This document shows, in pieces, positions 61,970 through 64,000 of a DNA stretch of 64,000 bases. Location of the stretch: positions 1 through 64,000 of the forward strand of contig DF237154.1 of NCBI GenBank assembly GCA_000708835.1. The letters are read 5' to 3'. Numbering within the stretch: the stretch's first letter is position 1; the number at the start of each line of letters is the position of its first letter. The translations under genes and the position numbers were made by a program. The notes below the pieces were generated by a model. It made no database searches. It saw only the letters and a list, made by a program, of their open reading frames with translations, and was not told the origin of the DNA. This DNA is from Klebsormidium nitens (taxonomy: Eukaryota; Plantae; Klebsormidiophyceae).

Positions 61970-63900
61970 AGATCAGAAAGGAAGAGTCGAGCAATTGATG
62001 CTGCAATGACCGTGGCGCACGCGCCTCCTGAGAGACCTAAGATGCTTGCTTCTCCTCCAGCATGTGAGCGTGAGCTCCTTGCAGCACCCCAGCTTTCTCC
62101 CCCATAGCAGCTTCATTATGGGGACTGAACTCAAGAAACTGACAATGCTAGATGGATTGGAGCAGCGAGAAACCGAGCTCCTGGCCGATGTAGCCTGTAG
62201 TGAGAGCATTGGTCAGCTCAATCACTTGCTCCAAGAACTTTCCAAGCCGCCTTTGAACGGCGTCCATTTGAACGACTCCGGCAATACAGAGCAGCTTGTG
62301 ACCATTGCTGTGCTTGGGCCACCGTTGGAATCGATGCCGATCTGCTTGCAGGGTGCACAGCAGAGCAGGTGATTCCTGGTCTGCTGATATCTTTGAGAAG
62401 ACCACTGAAACTGCCTTGTGCCTTCTGCCTTGTGCCTTCTGTAATCAACTGATGATGTACCACCTCCTGCAGCCATCAGTCCACCGATGATGTGTCTCCT
62501 GCTCGTGTCCAAAGCCAACTATGTCTATGCTGGTAGGAAGAGCTAAACCTGGATAGGGCTAAGTGGTCTTTCAGCGAGCCTCTACCATCGGCCATTTCAT
62601 AGAGGAAGGACCTCAGGGTCTGTAGTCAAACCAAGGGCACCCTTGTTTGAGATGCTGAGGCGTCCGTTTGTGCTCAGTGATACTCAATCAAACCGCAATG
62701 ACCGTCCAGGTTAATCTGTAAGGTTAGCAGGCCTGTCCGGGCTCCGCACCAATGCAGTCATGCCATTCACTTAGACAGCAAAAGCACACATCAAATCTAT
62801 AGCATCTATCAAGTCTGGTCGGTTGGCGGTGCTAACTTCTCATCAACTGATGCAGAGGCAATATCCTCATGGTACTGGAGCCTTCTTGGCTGGAGAGGCG
62901 GCAAGTCAACCACAACGAGGAGGGGAATCCAGTTAACACCCAGCGTCTCTTCATCAGGAGAGCAGTCTCCTTCGATGGGGGTGGTGTTGCCCTTTTAGAG
63001 GACTTTGTGCCACCACGAAAGGTCACCTATTTGGCCAAATTATCACATGTTGACAGAGTAGGTCAGTGGTCGAATGCTCTATCTCAGGTTGGCAGCTTGA
63101 ATCGTCACTAGGCTTCGATTCTCAATGTTTATTGCAACCGCAGAGGCACCATCTCCTCGCTTCCTGCTTGAATCGCTGCAGAAACAGTCCAATCTGATGT
63201 TTCATTACCTCTCTCGTCTCTAAAATGTGCAGAGTCAGACTGATTCGCAAGGACCTAGGATGATGCCACCTGAACAATGAAGAGCTTAAGAGAGATAAAA
63301 CCTGCACTTTGCCCCAGCCTCATGTGCATAATCTTCTTCTCGCAGGTTTGGAAAATGCTTATGCCAGCCTTCTGGCCCCTGGGCTTGAGTGCGCGCTTGG
63401 CCCGTGCCATGCCCTCAATAAGCTCACCTCAAATACGCTACACTGGCATTCCTTGTTAACTCGAGACAGCGAGTTGGCGAATCCCCGGAGCATTACGTTC
63501 GCCACTGCACGATGCGCAGAGGCACAAAAGGTTGCTAGTGAGACGTCTGCCCAGGGCTGCCAGAGTGCTTCTTGCACACTGCCGCTTCTGGAACCCAAAG
63601 TGGATTTGAGCCCTATCAATGTTCAACAGTATGTCAGCCCCACCGCCCTTGAGATACTGCGAGCAATAATCTCAATTCGGGTCAATCTTTGACGTCAGTT
63701 ACTTGGCGCCTCGGTTTTTATGGCCGATTTGGGCTAAGGAAGAGGCCCATATTGCTTGTGGAATCTCACAATTTGACGAATCCTTGCCTCAGGAGTTTAC
63801 ACTGCCTGTCCTGTCCCCGTCCACACCCACAGATGAATGCAACACGTTCGAAACATCACCTGCTGACAATTCTGTACTTTAGGTGCTGTTGCGTGCAAGA
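61970..63900 (-). other. Heavily degraded coding-like relic, possibly a KDZ/Zisupton-type transposase
   Basis: Minus-strand fragments FICGCGRGQDRQCKLLRQGF..MGLFLSPNRP and ..SLATFCASAH, broken by many stops. Only a loose resemblance to CxC-type cysteine clusters. Confidence 0.2.
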
Positions 63901-64000
63901 AACCAGTTTGAAACCAGCTTGCGACTGATTTCATCTTGTTTGTAACCACTGAGCTCAAATGAAACGGTTGCTTCCATGGTCGGTTATCCTCTCCAGCGTT

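Overview
Eukaryotic nuclear DNA with GT-AG introns, a plastid-type PTOX and a COX6A. This points to a green plant or alga; a Klebsormidium-like charophyte is my inference from style only. All gene models were spliced by hand from the sequence. Left to right: (1) a ~1260-aa coiled-coil/disordered protein with a ubiquitin-like C-terminal domain (1.4-7.3 kb). (2) A duplicated cluster of three paralogous 6-exon genes for secreted, modular, 22-Cys proteins (8.9-25.0 kb). One is inverted and broken, two are intact, and every intron is phase 1. The cluster also holds a 180-bp CACAG-ended MITE whose empty site is visible in the paralogue. (3) PTOX (9 exons, minus strand), head-to-head with COX6A, whose intron holds three extra copies of the start of exon 2. 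(4) An F-box/LRR-like gene. (5) An intron-containing VIT-vWA gene of bacterial-looking type with a (CG)n frameshift. (6) From ~49 kb on, two long decayed genes and a possible transposase relic. I found no rRNA, tRNA or CRISPR array. The most novel-looking system is the Cys-rich secreted gene cluster.
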